Shown: positions 31,423-43,729 of the stretch, one piece after another
How positions within the stretch are numbered: the stretch's first letter is position 1
Layout: the number at the start of each line of letters is the position of its first letter
DNA from: Candidatus Versatilivorator sp.
GTDB lineage: Bacteria; Acidobacteriota; Terriglobia; Versatilivoradales; Versatilivoraceae
Length of the DNA: 64,000 nt
Reading direction: 5' to 3'
Assembly (NCBI GenBank): GCA_965207735.1
Contig: OZ242296.1
Coordinates: 1,792,001-1,856,000, forward strand
Notes under the pieces: generated by a model
Databases searched by the model: none
Seen by the model: the letters and a program-made list of their open reading frames with translations, nothing else
Told to the model about the DNA's origin: nothing
Program-made: the position numbers and the translations under genes

Positions 31423-34400
31423 CTAGAAGCCGATGCGAGCGCGTAAAGTGATCGTGCGGCTCCCTCCTCCGCTGCGAACGATGCCAAAGTTCGGATCGGC
31501 GACATTGGTACTGGCCCCGCTGGAATTGGCGTGGTTCAACAGGTTGCGGACGTAGGCTTCGAGCTTGAAGTAGGGACTCTGCTCCAGGGAGGGAATCAGC
31601 TTCCACTCCTTGAAGATGTTGAGGTTGAGGTCCCACCGGTTGGGATGTCTCAGGGCTCCACGAGGAGCTGTCCCGTAGCGGCTCTCGGGCGGCAGCTCAA
31701 AGCAACCCCGATTCCAGAGCTGCCCTCTCCCCTCGAAGCCGGTGTCGTTGGGATCGCAGCCTCCCACCAGGTCGGGCCGGGCGCCGTCCCCACGGAGCTT
31801 GAGGGCGGGATGGTCTCCGCCGCTGAAGGTTGGAATAAACCTGCCGCGTCCACCGGTTCTGAATTCAGGGACAAACGTCCAGTCACCGATCAGGTGATGG
31901 AGCCAGGTCGAGGCGCCGGAAGCGAACTGCTGTCCCTTTCCAAACGGCATCGGCACCACCGCCACCCAGCGGGAGGCAAGATCGGGGACGCCCGCCTGCC
32001 ACCCGTAGTCGTTGTGGCGTTGACCGGCGCTGGACTGGAAGAAGCCGGACGAGGAGCCGAACAGGCCTCCCTGGACATCGTTCAGGCTCTTGGACCAGTT
32101 GAACCAGCCTCGGAAATAGATGCCGCTGGAGAACTGCCTGGTCAACTCCAGCTCCAGGGCGTTGTACTTGGAGTTGCCCCCCAGTTGCAGGGCGTGGACG
32201 TTGGCGAACTTGGAGGTGTCGAAGGGCTGATAGCTGCTGCCCGGACGGATGGCCTGGAGGTCTTCGATGTAGGGCCAGGACACTCCCCTGGACCCCACCC
32301 AGGAGGCGCGCCCCGACCAGCCGAGGCCGAACTCCTTCTCCAGGGTAAGGTTCCACTGCTGATCGTAGGGCCAGTTGTTCTTGCGCAGGTCAACATCGGC
32401 CGAGGTCAGACTGGTGGGTCCCACGGTTCCGGCGGGGAAGGGACGCTCCCAGGTAAAGTTGGGAACCCCGTTGACGATCTCGTTGTCCTGGAACAACTCG
32501 CTGAACTGGTAGGGGCCCCAGACGTGACCGGCCAGGATTCCGGCGCGGTCGAACTCCCCGAAGACGTTGGCGATGGCCCAGGCCGTCGACTTCACGAAAG
32601 GAACGTGGAAGACGCCGTAACCGCCCCGAATGACGAAGGAATCGGTGACACGGAAGGCCACACCCAGGCGGGGATCGACCAGGACGCTCTTGAAATTCCT
32701 CAAGCCGGAGGGGTAGCCGGCCTCCCCGGCCGTGACCACGTCAACGGGAAAGCCCGGAGCGATATGCTGGAGCGCCCTGTCGTTGGGCACCACCACTTTC
32801 TGGGTCGCCTGGTCGAAGTTGTAAATGGTATCGCTCAGGACCTCTGAGGGAACCCCATAATGCTGGAAGCGAATTCCAGGCGTGATGGTAACCCTGGGCG
32901 TCACCTTCCAGTCATCCTGGAAGTAGAAGCCGAACTCGTTGTGGCGGGCCTCGGCCCTGGGACGGACACCGTCGATCTGGGTGGTGAAGGGCAGTCCCAG
33001 CAGGAGATCTCCATAGTCGTAGCCGGTGAACTTTCCGCTGAAGTCGAAGATCCCGAAGGGCGCCGGGATGCTGATGGTGCTGAACATGTGCGGGGACTGA
33101 TGACGAAACTCGATCCCGGTCTTGAAGAGGTGGGTCCCCCGATTGATGGAGACATTGTTCCGCCACTGCTGGACCTCGCCGTCTTCGTAGTCGGTCTCAC
33201 CCGAAAAGAGCGACCCGATGAGGGTGGAGGGCAATGGGTTGAAGGATCCCAGATGCGAGCTTGTTTGCCGCCCCAAGGTGCGCACCTTGATGTGGGGAGT
33301 TCCCACCCCTTCCCGCAGGACGCGGCCGCCCAACTCCGTGACTCCCAGGATCTGGGTCAGATAGTCCCGCCCCTGCACGTCTCCAACGGCCCAGACCGAC
33401 TGCTGCCGGTTCCAGGCGTACTGAAATTCGTTGACCACGTTGGCGCCAAAGGTGTGGCTGTTGGAAATGCTGATGGCCCGGGTATTACCGGTTTCCACGA
33501 AGCCGGCGTTGGGAAAGGGGTCGCCCCGGCCTTCGGGAGAGACATTGTTGTAGCGGTAGTGGGCGATGGTCAGCGTGTTGGTATCGGTGATGGCGTGGTC
33601 GAAGGTGTACTTCTGCCAGTTGTTGTCGGATGCATTGTAGGAAATGTAGCGGAAGTTATCGAACAACGCCCCCGGTGGTCCATAGTTGGGCAGAGGCAGA
33701 ACGCCGGTGTTATCCAACACTCTTCGGGCAATGGGGCTGATCATGCTCTCGGGAACGATGTTTCCCGGGAAGGGCTGCTGAATCCCGTTGACCACGTCGA
33801 AGGGGTTGGTCGGACAGGGCACGGTGGGGTTGGGATTGGCGGTGCTGGGGAACACACAGTTGGAGAAACCGACGAACTCGTTGAGGTCACCGGCGCGCAT
33901 CCTGGCGGTGGGAACGACCCGGCCCGTATTGAAGACAGGGTTCTCTCTGGAGGCCGGCTGATAGAGAAAGTGGAAGAAGGTCTTGTTGCGGCCGTCATAC
34001 AGCTTCGGGATCCAGACGGGGCCGCTGACCTCGTAAGACCATCGCTTGTTCGTCTTGGCGGGCGGCCTGGGACCTGAATTTCCGGAACTCAGGGCATTGA
34101 GAGCCGGATTCGAGAACTCCCCGAAGATCTCGCCGTGAAACTGGTTGGTTCCCTGCTTGCCGATGCCGAAAACGTTGGTCGGCACCCGATACTCGGCGGC
34201 AGCATTGAAGTCGACCTGGTGGACTTCCTGCAGGGTCTCCTGGGTCGCCCGGAAAGAGCCGTAGGCGTTGGTGGGGATTCCGTCCTGCTCCTCGCTCAGG
34301 TTGTTGGCGAAGCCGCCGTGCACCTGGGCGCGAGCTTCGGTTCCGGGGTTCTGGTAGATATTGTAAATGAGAGCGGCCCCGATATTGGCTCCATAGACCT

Positions 34401-34851
34401 CCTGATTTCCGAGGCGGTGCTTGATGACCGAGGTGTCGGTGTCGATGGTAGCTCCCTCCTCGGAGACCGTGATCTCGGTGGCTTGCTCGCCGATTTCGAG
34501 CTCGACGTCTACCCGTCGAACGTCACCGGCATACACCACCACTCCCGTATTGACGTACCGCTTGAAACCCGGCAACGTCACTGCAATGGTGTAGCTTCCG
34601 TTGTCGAGTCCTCTCAGTTCATAGTCGCCGACCTCGGTGGTCACGGTGGTACGAGAGATACCACTCCCCTCGTTGGTGGCCGTGACTTCGGCGTTGACAA
34701 TGGCGGCGCCGCTGGGATCGGTGACGGTCCCGCGGAATCCGGACAACTGGACCTGGGCTTCCAGCAGGGCCGCGTTGAACGACACGCCCGCGACCAGAGC
34801 CGGAATCAAGGCCAGGATCAGAAAAGCCTTGTTGAAAAGTAGAGACTTCAT
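31423..34851 (-). CDS. Oar-like TonB-dependent receptor with carboxypeptidase-regulatory domain
   Basis: GTVTDPSGAAI, GTNQFHG, YFQDDWKVT, C-terminal RIGF. Confidence 0.9.
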   Translation of the reverse strand: MKSLLFNKAFLILALIPALVAGVSFNAALLEAQVQLSGFRGTVTDPSGAAIVNAEVTATNEGSGISRTTVTTEVGDYELRGLDNGSYTIAVTLPGFKRYVNTGVVVYAGDVRRVDVELEIGEQATEITVSEEGATIDTDTSVIKHRLGNQEVYGANIGAALIYNIYQNPGTEARAQVHGGFANNLSEEQDGIPTNAYGSFRATQETLQEVHQVDFNAAAEYRVPTNVFGIGKQGTNQFHGEIFGEFSNPALNALSSGNSGPRPPAKTNKRWSYEVSGPVWIPKLYDGRNKTFFHFLYQPASRENPVFNTGRVVPTARMRAGDLNEFVGFSNCVFPSTANPNPTVPCPTNPFDVVNGIQQPFPGNIVPESMISPIARRVLDNTGVLPLPNYGPPGALFDNFRYISYNASDNNWQKYTFDHAITDTNTLTIAHYRYNNVSPEGRGDPFPNAGFVETGNTRAISISNSHTFGANVVNEFQYAWNRQQSVWAVGDVQGRDYLTQILGVTELGGRVLREGVGTPHIKVRTLGRQTSSHLGSFNPLPSTLIGSLFSGETDYEDGEVQQWRNNVSINRGTHLFKTGIEFRHQSPHMFSTISIPAPFGIFDFSGKFTGYDYGDLLLGLPFTTQIDGVRPRAEARHNEFGFYFQDDWKVTPRVTITPGIRFQHYGVPSEVLSDTIYNFDQATQKVVVPNDRALQHIAPGFPVDVVTAGEAGYPSGLRNFKSVLVDPRLGVAFRVTDSFVIRGGYGVFHVPFVKSTAWAIANVFGEFDRAGILAGHVWGPYQFSELFQDNEIVNGVPNFTWERPFPAGTVGPTSLTSADVDLRKNNWPYDQQWNLTLEKEFGLGWSGRASWVGSRGVSWPYIEDLQAIRPGSSYQPFDTSKFANVHALQLGGNSKYNALELELTRQFSSGIYFRGWFNWSKSLNDVQGGLFGSSSGFFQSSAGQRHNDYGWQAGVPDLASRWVAVVPMPFGKGQQFASGASTWLHHLIGDWTFVPEFRTGGRGRFIPTFSGGDHPALKLRGDGARPDLVGGCDPNDTGFEGRGQLWNRGCFELPPESRYGTAPRGALRHPNRWDLNLNIFKEWKLIPSLEQSPYFKLEAYVRNLLNHANSSGASTNVADPNFGIVRSGGGSRTITLRARIGF

Positions 34852-35100
34852 GGGGTTCGATTCCTCCAAATGGGGTGCAAGGGAGACTAAAGTCTTAAAG
34901 TGCATTCAGGCCGATATACGGTCCGAGTCGGTAGCGGGTTTCGATACCGCTCAATGACCACTATCGTGATTTGAAATGCAATTCGCCTGCCAATGAACGA
35001 TAAGGGAGCATTTTTTGCAGAATACTACAATTGATAGAGAAAAGACAGGATTTTACGTCGTTGGCAAACCAGGATCTTGCCATCGGACTGCTGAACACGC

Positions 35101-36831
35101 CTACGATCCAGCAGCGGCTTTCTCCTCGACAATTGCGTGATAGCGATTGGTTTTGAGTCCGGAGAGGCGCTGCCGTTGGCCGCTGGGCCATTGGACGGTG
35201 ACGCCCACTCGTTCGGGGCCGGCCCCGCCCAAACCAAAGATGAGGCGCTTGTCATGGGAGGCCAGGAAGCTTCCCCCTCCGGTCAGCCAGCGGACCCGTC
35301 GGTGTTCCCCCCAGTCGATCTCCACACGGGCGCCGATGGCGTCGCGGTTGCTTCGGGTTCCCTCCAGCCGGAACCCGATCCAGGTCGAGTCCTGGCCCCG
35401 GTTGTTGCGCAGAAGCAGCGGACGTTGGTTGAGCCGGACCAGCAGCGCGTCGGCGTCGCCGTCGTTGTCGAAGTCTCCCGTAGCCAGTCCCCTGGCCGCG
35501 TGACGGTTCCTGAAGACCGGCCCGGCCTGCTCCGCCAGATCCTGCAGCTTCCCCCGGCCGTCATTGCCCAACAGCAGGGGCGGCTGCAGGTAGGTGATGT
35601 CTCTGCGGGCCAGCTCGATGGTTCGGGTGACGTGGCCGTTGACGATGATCAGGTCCTGGTGGCTGTCGTTGTCGAAGTCGATGAAGCGAACGCCCCAGCC
35701 CACGTAGGGCACGGTGAAACGGGTGAGTCCGGAACTCCGTGAAAGCTCGCGGTAGGGAAATTTGCCGCCGTTGCGGTAGAGGGCGTGAAACTCGTCGTGA
35801 AAATTGGTGACCACGAAATCGGGGTTCCCGTCCCCGTCGAAGTCTCCGGCGTCGATGCCCATGCCGGACCGGGCCACCCCCTCCGAGTTGAAGGCCATGT
35901 CGGCCTCGAAACCCACTTCTTCGAAAGTTCCGTCCTGCCGGTTGAGCAAGAGCAGATTGGGTGTGGCATCTCCGGCGACCAACAGGTCCTGCCAGCCGTC
36001 GCCGTCGGCATCGATGCTCACCACTCCAAAGGCCCTGCTCTTGTGCCGGTCAATTCCCGTAGCCTGGCTGACGTCCTCAAAGGCGCCGTCGCCCCGGTTG
36101 CGATAGAGCCTGGACCGGCTGGGAAGGTAGGACTTCTGATCGCAATAGGCGGGAATCCCCTTGTGATCGCAGGTGACGGGGTTGGAGAATGACAGCTCGG
36201 CGTAGTTGCACACGAACAGGTCCAGCAGGCCGTCGCGGTCATAGTCGATCCAGGCCGCGCTGGATCCCCAGCGTTCCGGATTCTCCACACCGGCGCTCTT
36301 CGATACAGTCTCGAAGGTGCCGTCGCCATTGTTGCGAAACAGCGCCGAGAAGGGAAACCCGGTGACGTAGAGATCCTGATCGCCGTCGTTGTCGTAGTCG
36401 GCGGCCGCCGCCCCCATGCCATAGAAGTCAACCTGTGCGACCCCCGCCTGGTCCGCCACCTCCTCGAACCTGCCCTCGCCCAGATTGCGGTAGAGCGCAT
36501 TGCGCACGGGCGCCGGGCTCTTGCCTCTCGGCGTCTCGCCCCCGTTGACCAGGTAGATGTCCAGCAGTCCGTCCCCGTCGAAATCCAGGAAGGCCGCTCC
36601 CCCGCAGGAGGTTTCGATCAAGAAGCGGTCGGGGGATTCGCCGTTGAAGTGCTTCCAGGAAATGCCGGCCGGGCCGGTCACGTCGGTGAAGGCAGGAGTC
36701 CGGCCGGAGGCCCCGCCCTGTCCCGCCCGGCCCGACGGAATCGTGAACAGTGCCGCGAAAACCCCCAGCAGCAGCCCTATCCAGGGAAGCCGGGGCCTGG
36801 TACCGATGCGACTATGGCAAGAACGGGGCAA
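35101..36831 (-). CDS. CRTAC1-family protein (FG-GAP repeats + ASPIC/UnbV)
   Basis: Repeated DxDxDG motifs; SNRDAIGARV; FGLG. Confidence 0.9.
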   Translation of the reverse strand: MPRSCHSRIGTRPRLPWIGLLLGVFAALFTIPSGRAGQGGASGRTPAFTDVTGPAGISWKHFNGESPDRFLIETSCGGAAFLDFDGDGLLDIYLVNGGETPRGKSPAPVRNALYRNLGEGRFEEVADQAGVAQVDFYGMGAAAADYDNDGDQDLYVTGFPFSALFRNNGDGTFETVSKSAGVENPERWGSSAAWIDYDRDGLLDLFVCNYAELSFSNPVTCDHKGIPAYCDQKSYLPSRSRLYRNRGDGAFEDVSQATGIDRHKSRAFGVVSIDADGDGWQDLLVAGDATPNLLLLNRQDGTFEEVGFEADMAFNSEGVARSGMGIDAGDFDGDGNPDFVVTNFHDEFHALYRNGGKFPYRELSRSSGLTRFTVPYVGWGVRFIDFDNDSHQDLIIVNGHVTRTIELARRDITYLQPPLLLGNDGRGKLQDLAEQAGPVFRNRHAARGLATGDFDNDGDADALLVRLNQRPLLLRNNRGQDSTWIGFRLEGTRSNRDAIGARVEIDWGEHRRVRWLTGGGSFLASHDKRLIFGLGGAGPERVGVTVQWPSGQRQRLSGLKTNRYHAIVEEKAAAGS

Positions 36832-36885
36832 CTCATCAATCCGGCAAGGGGAGGACCCGAACCGGGGCCGGTCGGGCCAATATTT

Positions 36886-38244
36886 TCAAGACGCCGGCAG
36901 GGGGGCCGGGCTCAGAGGGACGGTCTTCCGTTCCCCTTCGTGACCGACCTCGACTTCCAGCCAGGACAGGACACGACTCAACTTCTCCACGCCCTCCCGG
37001 ATCTGGTCGGCGGTGACAATCAGAGGCGGGGCGATCATCAGCAGATTGGCGCGAGCCAGCAGGTGCAAACCTTCCGCCCAGGCCTGCCGGCGAATACGGA
37101 TGGGCAGCTGGGCATCCACAACCGGCGGAGCGAGCGGCTGCCGGGTAGCCCGGTCGGTCACCAGCTCGAGGCAGGTCAGCAGACCCTTGCCCCGAACATC
37201 GCCGATAATGGGGTGCTTTTGCCTGAGGCCCTGCAGTTCCTCCATCAGCAACCGGCCCATCCTTTGGGCATTGTCCACGCAGCCTTCCTCGCGATAGGCG
37301 ACCAGGCAGGCCCGGGCCGCGGCCGTGGCCAGCGGACTGGCCGCATAGGTGCTGCCGATCGGCAGCAGCCGGCTCTCGAAATGGCTGCTGATGCGGGGAC
37401 GAACCACCACGGCGCCCATGGGGACATAGCCGGAGGTGATCCCCTTGGCCATGACCATCAGGTCGGGAACCACCGAGTCGTGGTTGACGCCGAACCAGGC
37501 GCCGGTACGGCCGAAGCCGGTGATGACCTCGTCGGCAATCAGCAGGATCCCGTGGCGGTCGCAGAGTTCCCGCAGTCCGGCCAGGTAGCCTTCGGGAAGG
37601 GGAAAGCCGCCGGCGGCACCGGTGACCGGCTCCACCACCACCGCGGCCACGGTCGCCGGGTTTTCCAGCTCGATCTGCCTTTCCAGGGCCTTCAGGCAGT
37701 GAATGCCGCAATCGGGGTAGGTGAGGCCGAAGTCACAGCGGTAACAGTAGGGATCGAAAAAGCGGACGGACCCTGCCGGCCCGGGCTCAACCGCCATGCG
37801 CCGGGGATCCCCGGCCGTGCCCAGGGTGCTGAAGGTCGTCCCGTGGTAGCTGCGGTACTTGGCGAAGATCTTGGGCCGGCCGGTCACCATGCGGGCCATG
37901 ATGAAGGCCAGCTCGTTGGCCTCGCTGCCGCTGTTGACGAACATGCATTTGTCGAGGTCGCCCGGAAGCAGAGCCGTCAGTTCCTCCGACAGCAGGGACC
38001 TCTCGGCGGTCAGGAGCTGGGGGGAGATGCAGCAGGCCTGTTCGGCCTGACTCCTGATGGCCTCGATGACACGGCGGTTTCCGTGCCCGAGGTTGCAGTT
38101 GAACAACTGCGAGAGGAAGTCGAGGTAGCGTCGGCCCTGCCGGTCCTGGAAATAGACGCCCTCGGCCCCGGCGAACTCCAACACCGGGTCCTCGCACTCC
38201 TGGACCGTCCAGGGAATGAAAATGTGCTGTCGATCGGCTGTCAT
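36886..38244 (-). CDS. Class III PLP aminotransferase
   Basis: NSGSEAN, SYHG, ADEVITGFGRTG, AKGITSGY. Confidence 0.9.
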   Translation of the reverse strand: MTADRQHIFIPWTVQECEDPVLEFAGAEGVYFQDRQGRRYLDFLSQLFNCNLGHGNRRVIEAIRSQAEQACCISPQLLTAERSLLSEELTALLPGDLDKCMFVNSGSEANELAFIMARMVTGRPKIFAKYRSYHGTTFSTLGTAGDPRRMAVEPGPAGSVRFFDPYCYRCDFGLTYPDCGIHCLKALERQIELENPATVAAVVVEPVTGAAGGFPLPEGYLAGLRELCDRHGILLIADEVITGFGRTGAWFGVNHDSVVPDLMVMAKGITSGYVPMGAVVVRPRISSHFESRLLPIGSTYAASPLATAAARACLVAYREEGCVDNAQRMGRLLMEELQGLRQKHPIIGDVRGKGLLTCLELVTDRATRQPLAPPVVDAQLPIRIRRQAWAEGLHLLARANLLMIAPPLIVTADQIREGVEKLSRVLSWLEVEVGHEGERKTVPLSPAPLPAS

Positions 38245-38399
38245 CTTGAAACTCGCCACCACTCTACCCAAGGTCCGGTCAAGGTGTCAAAAGATTCCTG
38301 GCACGCGGCATGCGAACGAAATTGCCTGTTGATGCGTTCTGAATGACCTGTGATAGGATATACGCAGGCTATACATACAGTCTATTCGGGAGACGGTTC

Positions 38400-38648
38400 A
38401 TGTTGACCAGGGTTCAGAAATGGGGAAACAGCCAAGGGCTTCGATTCAGCAAGGCTATCTTGAACGAAGCTCGGATCGAGGTGGGCGACACAGTGAATGT
38501 CTCAGCCCGCAAGGGGCGGATCGTGGTTGAGCCTGCGACCCGAGTGCGAGGGAAATACGAATTGAAGGCGCTGCTGGCCAGAATGCCGAAAGGCTATTTG
38601 GCGGAAGAGGTGGAGTGGGGACCGCCCCCTGGAAAGGAAGTCTGGTAG
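38400..38648 (+). CDS. mazE: MazE/AbrB antitoxin
   Basis: QKWGNSQGLR, EVEWGPPPGKEVW. Confidence 0.92.
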   Translation: MLTRVQKWGNSQGLRFSKAILNEARIEVGDTVNVSARKGRIVVEPATRVRGKYELKALLARMPKGYLAEEVEWGPPPGKEVW

Positions 38649-38993
38649 GTGCCGGGTTACGTGCCACAAAAAGGGGATTTCGTGATCCTGACCTTTGATC
38701 CGCAGGCAGGGCACGAGCAAAGAGGCCGCCGCCCGGCTCTAGTCGTCAGCAATACGCCGTTCAACCGCCATACCGGGCTGGCCATGGTCTGCCCCATCAC
38801 CAACACCTTCAGGAATATTCCCTTTCACGTTTCAGTCCCCGAAGAGTCGTCTCTCTCCGGATATATCATGGCCGAACAGATCAAGTCCGTCGACTTCGCG
38901 AGCCGAAAGGTGAAGTTCGTCGAGAAGGCGCCGGGGCCGGTGATCAACGAAGTCCTGAGCCTCTTGGATGCTTGCCTCTATGACCCGGGGTGA
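38649..38993 (+). CDS. mazF: MazF/PemK toxin
   Basis: FDPQAGHEQRGRRPALVVS, CPIT, QIKSVD. Confidence 0.93.
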   Translation: MPGYVPQKGDFVILTFDPQAGHEQRGRRPALVVSNTPFNRHTGLAMVCPITNTFRNIPFHVSVPEESSLSGYIMAEQIKSVDFASRKVKFVEKAPGPVINEVLSLLDACLYDPG

Positions 38994-39065
38994 CTCCGTT
39001 GCCGGCCCCTCGCCTGAAGCCGGAATTCAGTCCGCCAGTCGGTTCGGACTCCTTCCCTTGAACGG

Positions 39066-40454
<1,389 letters not shown>

Positions 40455-40762
40455 TCCTCAGTGGATTAGTTTGAAACAAACTCTCCGCCCAGGGGGCTTC
40501 GAATTCGAAAACTATAGGGATGGATGGGGAGGCCGCTGTCAGGCGGTGAGTTCTTGCGAGTGGCCAGAGTTTGTATACTACAGAAACGCTCCTGCTTCAA
40601 ACGAATTGTTGGCCAAAAACCGGATTTGACCGCGCAAACCGGGCTCGCCTCGATTCTGCGGTTGGACTACCTCATACCGACCTGATTTTAACCGGCATTT
40701 CCCTAAGGGCAGGCGGAAAACCGGAGGCCTGACCCGCCAGGCGTCGACGGCTCGAATTCCCC

Positions 40763-42193
40763 TTAAGCCATCTGAAACGCACGGGCCCGAAACAGGAAAT
40801 CCACGATATTGCCTTCGTGAGGCTGGTGCCAGTTGAGGCGGATGGTGGGAACCGGACCCAGATTGAGGCGGTCGATGTTGCGGGCGTCCACCAGGGCCCG
40901 CCGAAAAGACTCGTCGCGGGTGATCCCGGTGGCCACCAGAGTGGGACCGATGGAGTCGATCATCTTGGCCTGAGGACAGCGCACCACCGAGACGAATGGG
41001 TACATGTACTCCTTGCCGGCCAGGACGGCTTCGGGCGACCGGCAATGCACCACCGTGGGCCGAAGGTAGTCGCAGCGCTGCTTGCGGACCAGCCGTTCGC
41101 CCTCCCTGAACCGGCGGGTTACTTCCTCGACCCCCTCCTGCTGTAGCCCGGCATCGATGTCGTTCGAGATGGCTTCCGCCTGCCCCGGCACGGTAAAGGC
41201 GGCCAGCGCGGCCCTGTCATCCTGGGGCGGCAACGGCTCTATGGGTCCCAGCCTGCGAGCCAGGGCCTCGGCGATTTCCTCCGTATGGCGGGAGGCCCAG
41301 ATGCCCGAGCAGTTGATGCAGCTGCGACCGCTGTTGACCAGGACACTGTCCACCATCAGGTCCAGGACATTTTCCCAGTCGTCCACCTGATCGTCGCCGA
41401 TCAGGATCTTGGTGAACCCGGGACCATGGACCTGGACCGCCGGATTGGCCTTGTACAGCTCCACCGTGGGGGTCCCGCCGAAGATCAGGCTTCTGGGGCA
41501 GTGGCCGACCACGGCGGCTCCCACTTCCCCGCCGCCGGGATAGAGCGCGATGGCTTGCTTGGGAATGCCTGCCTGAAAGAAGGCCTGGGCCATGCGCCAG
41601 GGGGTCCAGGGCTCCTGGGGACCGGGCTTCAGAACCAATCCGATCTGAAGCGGAATCACCGGAAGCCAAAGGCTGTGGACGCCGGGAGAATTGGAGGGGA
41701 GCACCATGCCCAGCACCGGAGTGTTGGCCTGGTAGCTGCGCATCAGTCCATCTTCTTCTCCATATCCACGACCCAGCAAACCCAGATCCAGATCTCGCGT
41801 CAGCGAGCGCAGGATATTGCCGATCTCGTCCAGGACGTACCGGAGCTTGTCCATGTTCATGCGGCACATGTGCTCGGGCAGGCCCGTGGTCGCCGACTGT
41901 TGCCGGACGAACTCCTCGGGAGTCTGAGTCCCCTCTCCCAGCGGCAGCTCGGCCGAGGAGAACAGGCTGCCGGCCCTTTGGATCCTGGCCAAGAGCTCCT
42001 CGGATGGGATCTCGCGCAACACCTGGCGGGCCCGCTCGGCACGGCGCATGTCCCTGGCCACCAGACCGGGATTGGCCTGGCTGACCTCGGCCACCGGCTC
42101 TCCGGTGGCGAAATGGACCACCTTCTCGACTTCCAGGCTCTTGTAAGGCTCTCCCCAGCGCAGCACCGGAAAGTGAATCACGCCGTCCTCCAT
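40763..42193 (-). CDS. Aldehyde-dehydrogenase-fold acyl reductase (GriD-like)
   Basis: PSNSPGVH, LKPG, HGPG, NSGRSCINCS. Confidence 0.8.
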   Translation of the reverse strand: MEDGVIHFPVLRWGEPYKSLEVEKVVHFATGEPVAEVSQANPGLVARDMRRAERARQVLREIPSEELLARIQRAGSLFSSAELPLGEGTQTPEEFVRQQSATTGLPEHMCRMNMDKLRYVLDEIGNILRSLTRDLDLGLLGRGYGEEDGLMRSYQANTPVLGMVLPSNSPGVHSLWLPVIPLQIGLVLKPGPQEPWTPWRMAQAFFQAGIPKQAIALYPGGGEVGAAVVGHCPRSLIFGGTPTVELYKANPAVQVHGPGFTKILIGDDQVDDWENVLDLMVDSVLVNSGRSCINCSGIWASRHTEEIAEALARRLGPIEPLPPQDDRAALAAFTVPGQAEAISNDIDAGLQQEGVEEVTRRFREGERLVRKQRCDYLRPTVVHCRSPEAVLAGKEYMYPFVSVVRCPQAKMIDSIGPTLVATGITRDESFRRALVDARNIDRLNLGPVPTIRLNWHQPHEGNIVDFLFRARAFQMA

Positions 42194-42245
42194 TTCATCC
42201 GGGGGCCAACCTGCCCTCCCTTTGAGGGTCCCGCGGCCGCCTGTC

Positions 42246-43352
42246 TCAATAAACCCCCACCGTGGTGGCGGCGGCGAAGCGGCTGAAGGGCCGCAGCCCG
42301 CTCACCCCGTCCCAGGGATAGGCCTCGCAGGGCGGCTCCCGTTCCCCCTCGTCCCGTTCCAGAAAACGGGGCAGGAAGAACTCCCTGGTGAGCGTGGTCA
42401 GCATGACGCGGCCGGTCCCACCGTAGTCCACCAGCCGCGAGCTGTCGTCGAAATCCACCAACTGGATCACCGCCCTGGGCTGGGGCGGGTAGTAGGTGAT
42501 CTTGTAGCCGTTCTCGGGACCGCTGGGACCACTGGCAGCCAGTCCCATCAACGTGTTGCCGTAGGTGGGAGTCAGGTAGACGCTTCCCAGGAGCTCCTCT
42601 CTGGCAAAGCGGTGCCACTGGGGAGTGAACTCGGTGCCTCCCGAGAAGATCCCCTTGATTCCGCACTGCTCCAGGCTGGAATTCTCATCCTCCAGCCGAT
42701 TGGCCAGGGCTTCCAGAAGCTTGGGCGTGGTGAACAGGCACTGGATATCGTGGCCTGCGCCCAGGAGGTTCATGGCCTGGTCGATGACATGGTCCTGGTA
42801 GGCCTTGAGATGATCCATCCAGCCCTTCCTGATCAGTTTGATCACCCAGCGCGGGTCCAGGTCCACGCAGAAACAGATGCCCCCACGGAAGTGGGCCAGA
42901 TGCTCGACAGCCAACCTCAGGCGCCGGGGACCGCTGGGACCCAGCATGAGCCAGTTGGAGCCTCTCGGAAAATATTCGTCCGGAAGGGTCTCGGAAAACA
43001 TTTCGTAGTCGATGCGAAAATCTTCGATGTTGATCCGGCTCTTGGGAATGCCGGTGGTGCCGCCGGTTTCAAAAACATAGACCGGTCGGTCGGCCAGGGC
43101 CTTGGGCACCCAGCGGCGCACCGGGCCCCCTCGCAGCCACTCGTCCTGAAAATGGCCGAATCGGTCCAGATCGGCAAAGCTGCGCACCTCCCGGCGCGGG
43201 TCCCAACCGGCCGAGGCGGCCCACTCCAGCCAAAAAGGACAGCCGGTGGCGGGATCGAAGTGCCATTGCACCGTCTCCACCACGTGGGCATCCAGTCGCT
43301 TCCGGGCCTCCTCGAATCTTTCCCGGTTGGATTCACCGGTTGCGCTGCTCAT
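42246..43352 (-). CDS. Short adenylate-forming enzyme (EhpF/GriC-like)
   Basis: WHFDPATGCPFW, ETGGTTGIPK, DLDPRWV, TTP, GGTE, YGNT, ERD. Confidence 0.8.
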   Translation of the reverse strand: MSSATGESNRERFEEARKRLDAHVVETVQWHFDPATGCPFWLEWAASAGWDPRREVRSFADLDRFGHFQDEWLRGGPVRRWVPKALADRPVYVFETGGTTGIPKSRINIEDFRIDYEMFSETLPDEYFPRGSNWLMLGPSGPRRLRLAVEHLAHFRGGICFCVDLDPRWVIKLIRKGWMDHLKAYQDHVIDQAMNLLGAGHDIQCLFTTPKLLEALANRLEDENSSLEQCGIKGIFSGGTEFTPQWHRFAREELLGSVYLTPTYGNTLMGLAASGPSGPENGYKITYYPPQPRAVIQLVDFDDSSRLVDYGGTGRVMLTTLTREFFLPRFLERDEGEREPPCEAYPWDGVSGLRPFSRFAAATTVGVY

Positions 43353-43521
43353 GAGAGTGCTTGGGGATTCAATGAAGCTGGTTCGGACACCGGCGGCTCA
43401 GCCGGTGGGTCTTCCCCTGCGGGCGCCGTCCCTTTACCGATGCGGACGGAAGGCGGATTATAGCCCAACTCGGCCGAAAACGGCATCTTTATGGCCTGGG
43501 AGGATTGGACGGGGATCATGA

Positions 43522-43562
43522 TATTGTGGATTGATGATTTTGGATTTTGGATTGATGATTGT
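43522..43562. repeat. Heptamer tandem repeat (GATTTTG/GATTGAT)
   Basis: GGATTGATGATTTTGGATTTTGGATTGATGATT. Confidence 0.7.
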
Positions 43563-43729
43563 TAGCCCGCATTGGCAGGATGATGCCGGTCAGCGTTTCA
43601 ATTTTCCCTGAACCCTTCGGACTACCAGCCAGGAAACCGCCAACCGCGGATTGGTGATGCCATCACTGGCCCGGCTCAGGCTCCCTCGTCCGGGCATCCG
43701 CGCATGCGACCGTTCCATGGAGGACCTCA

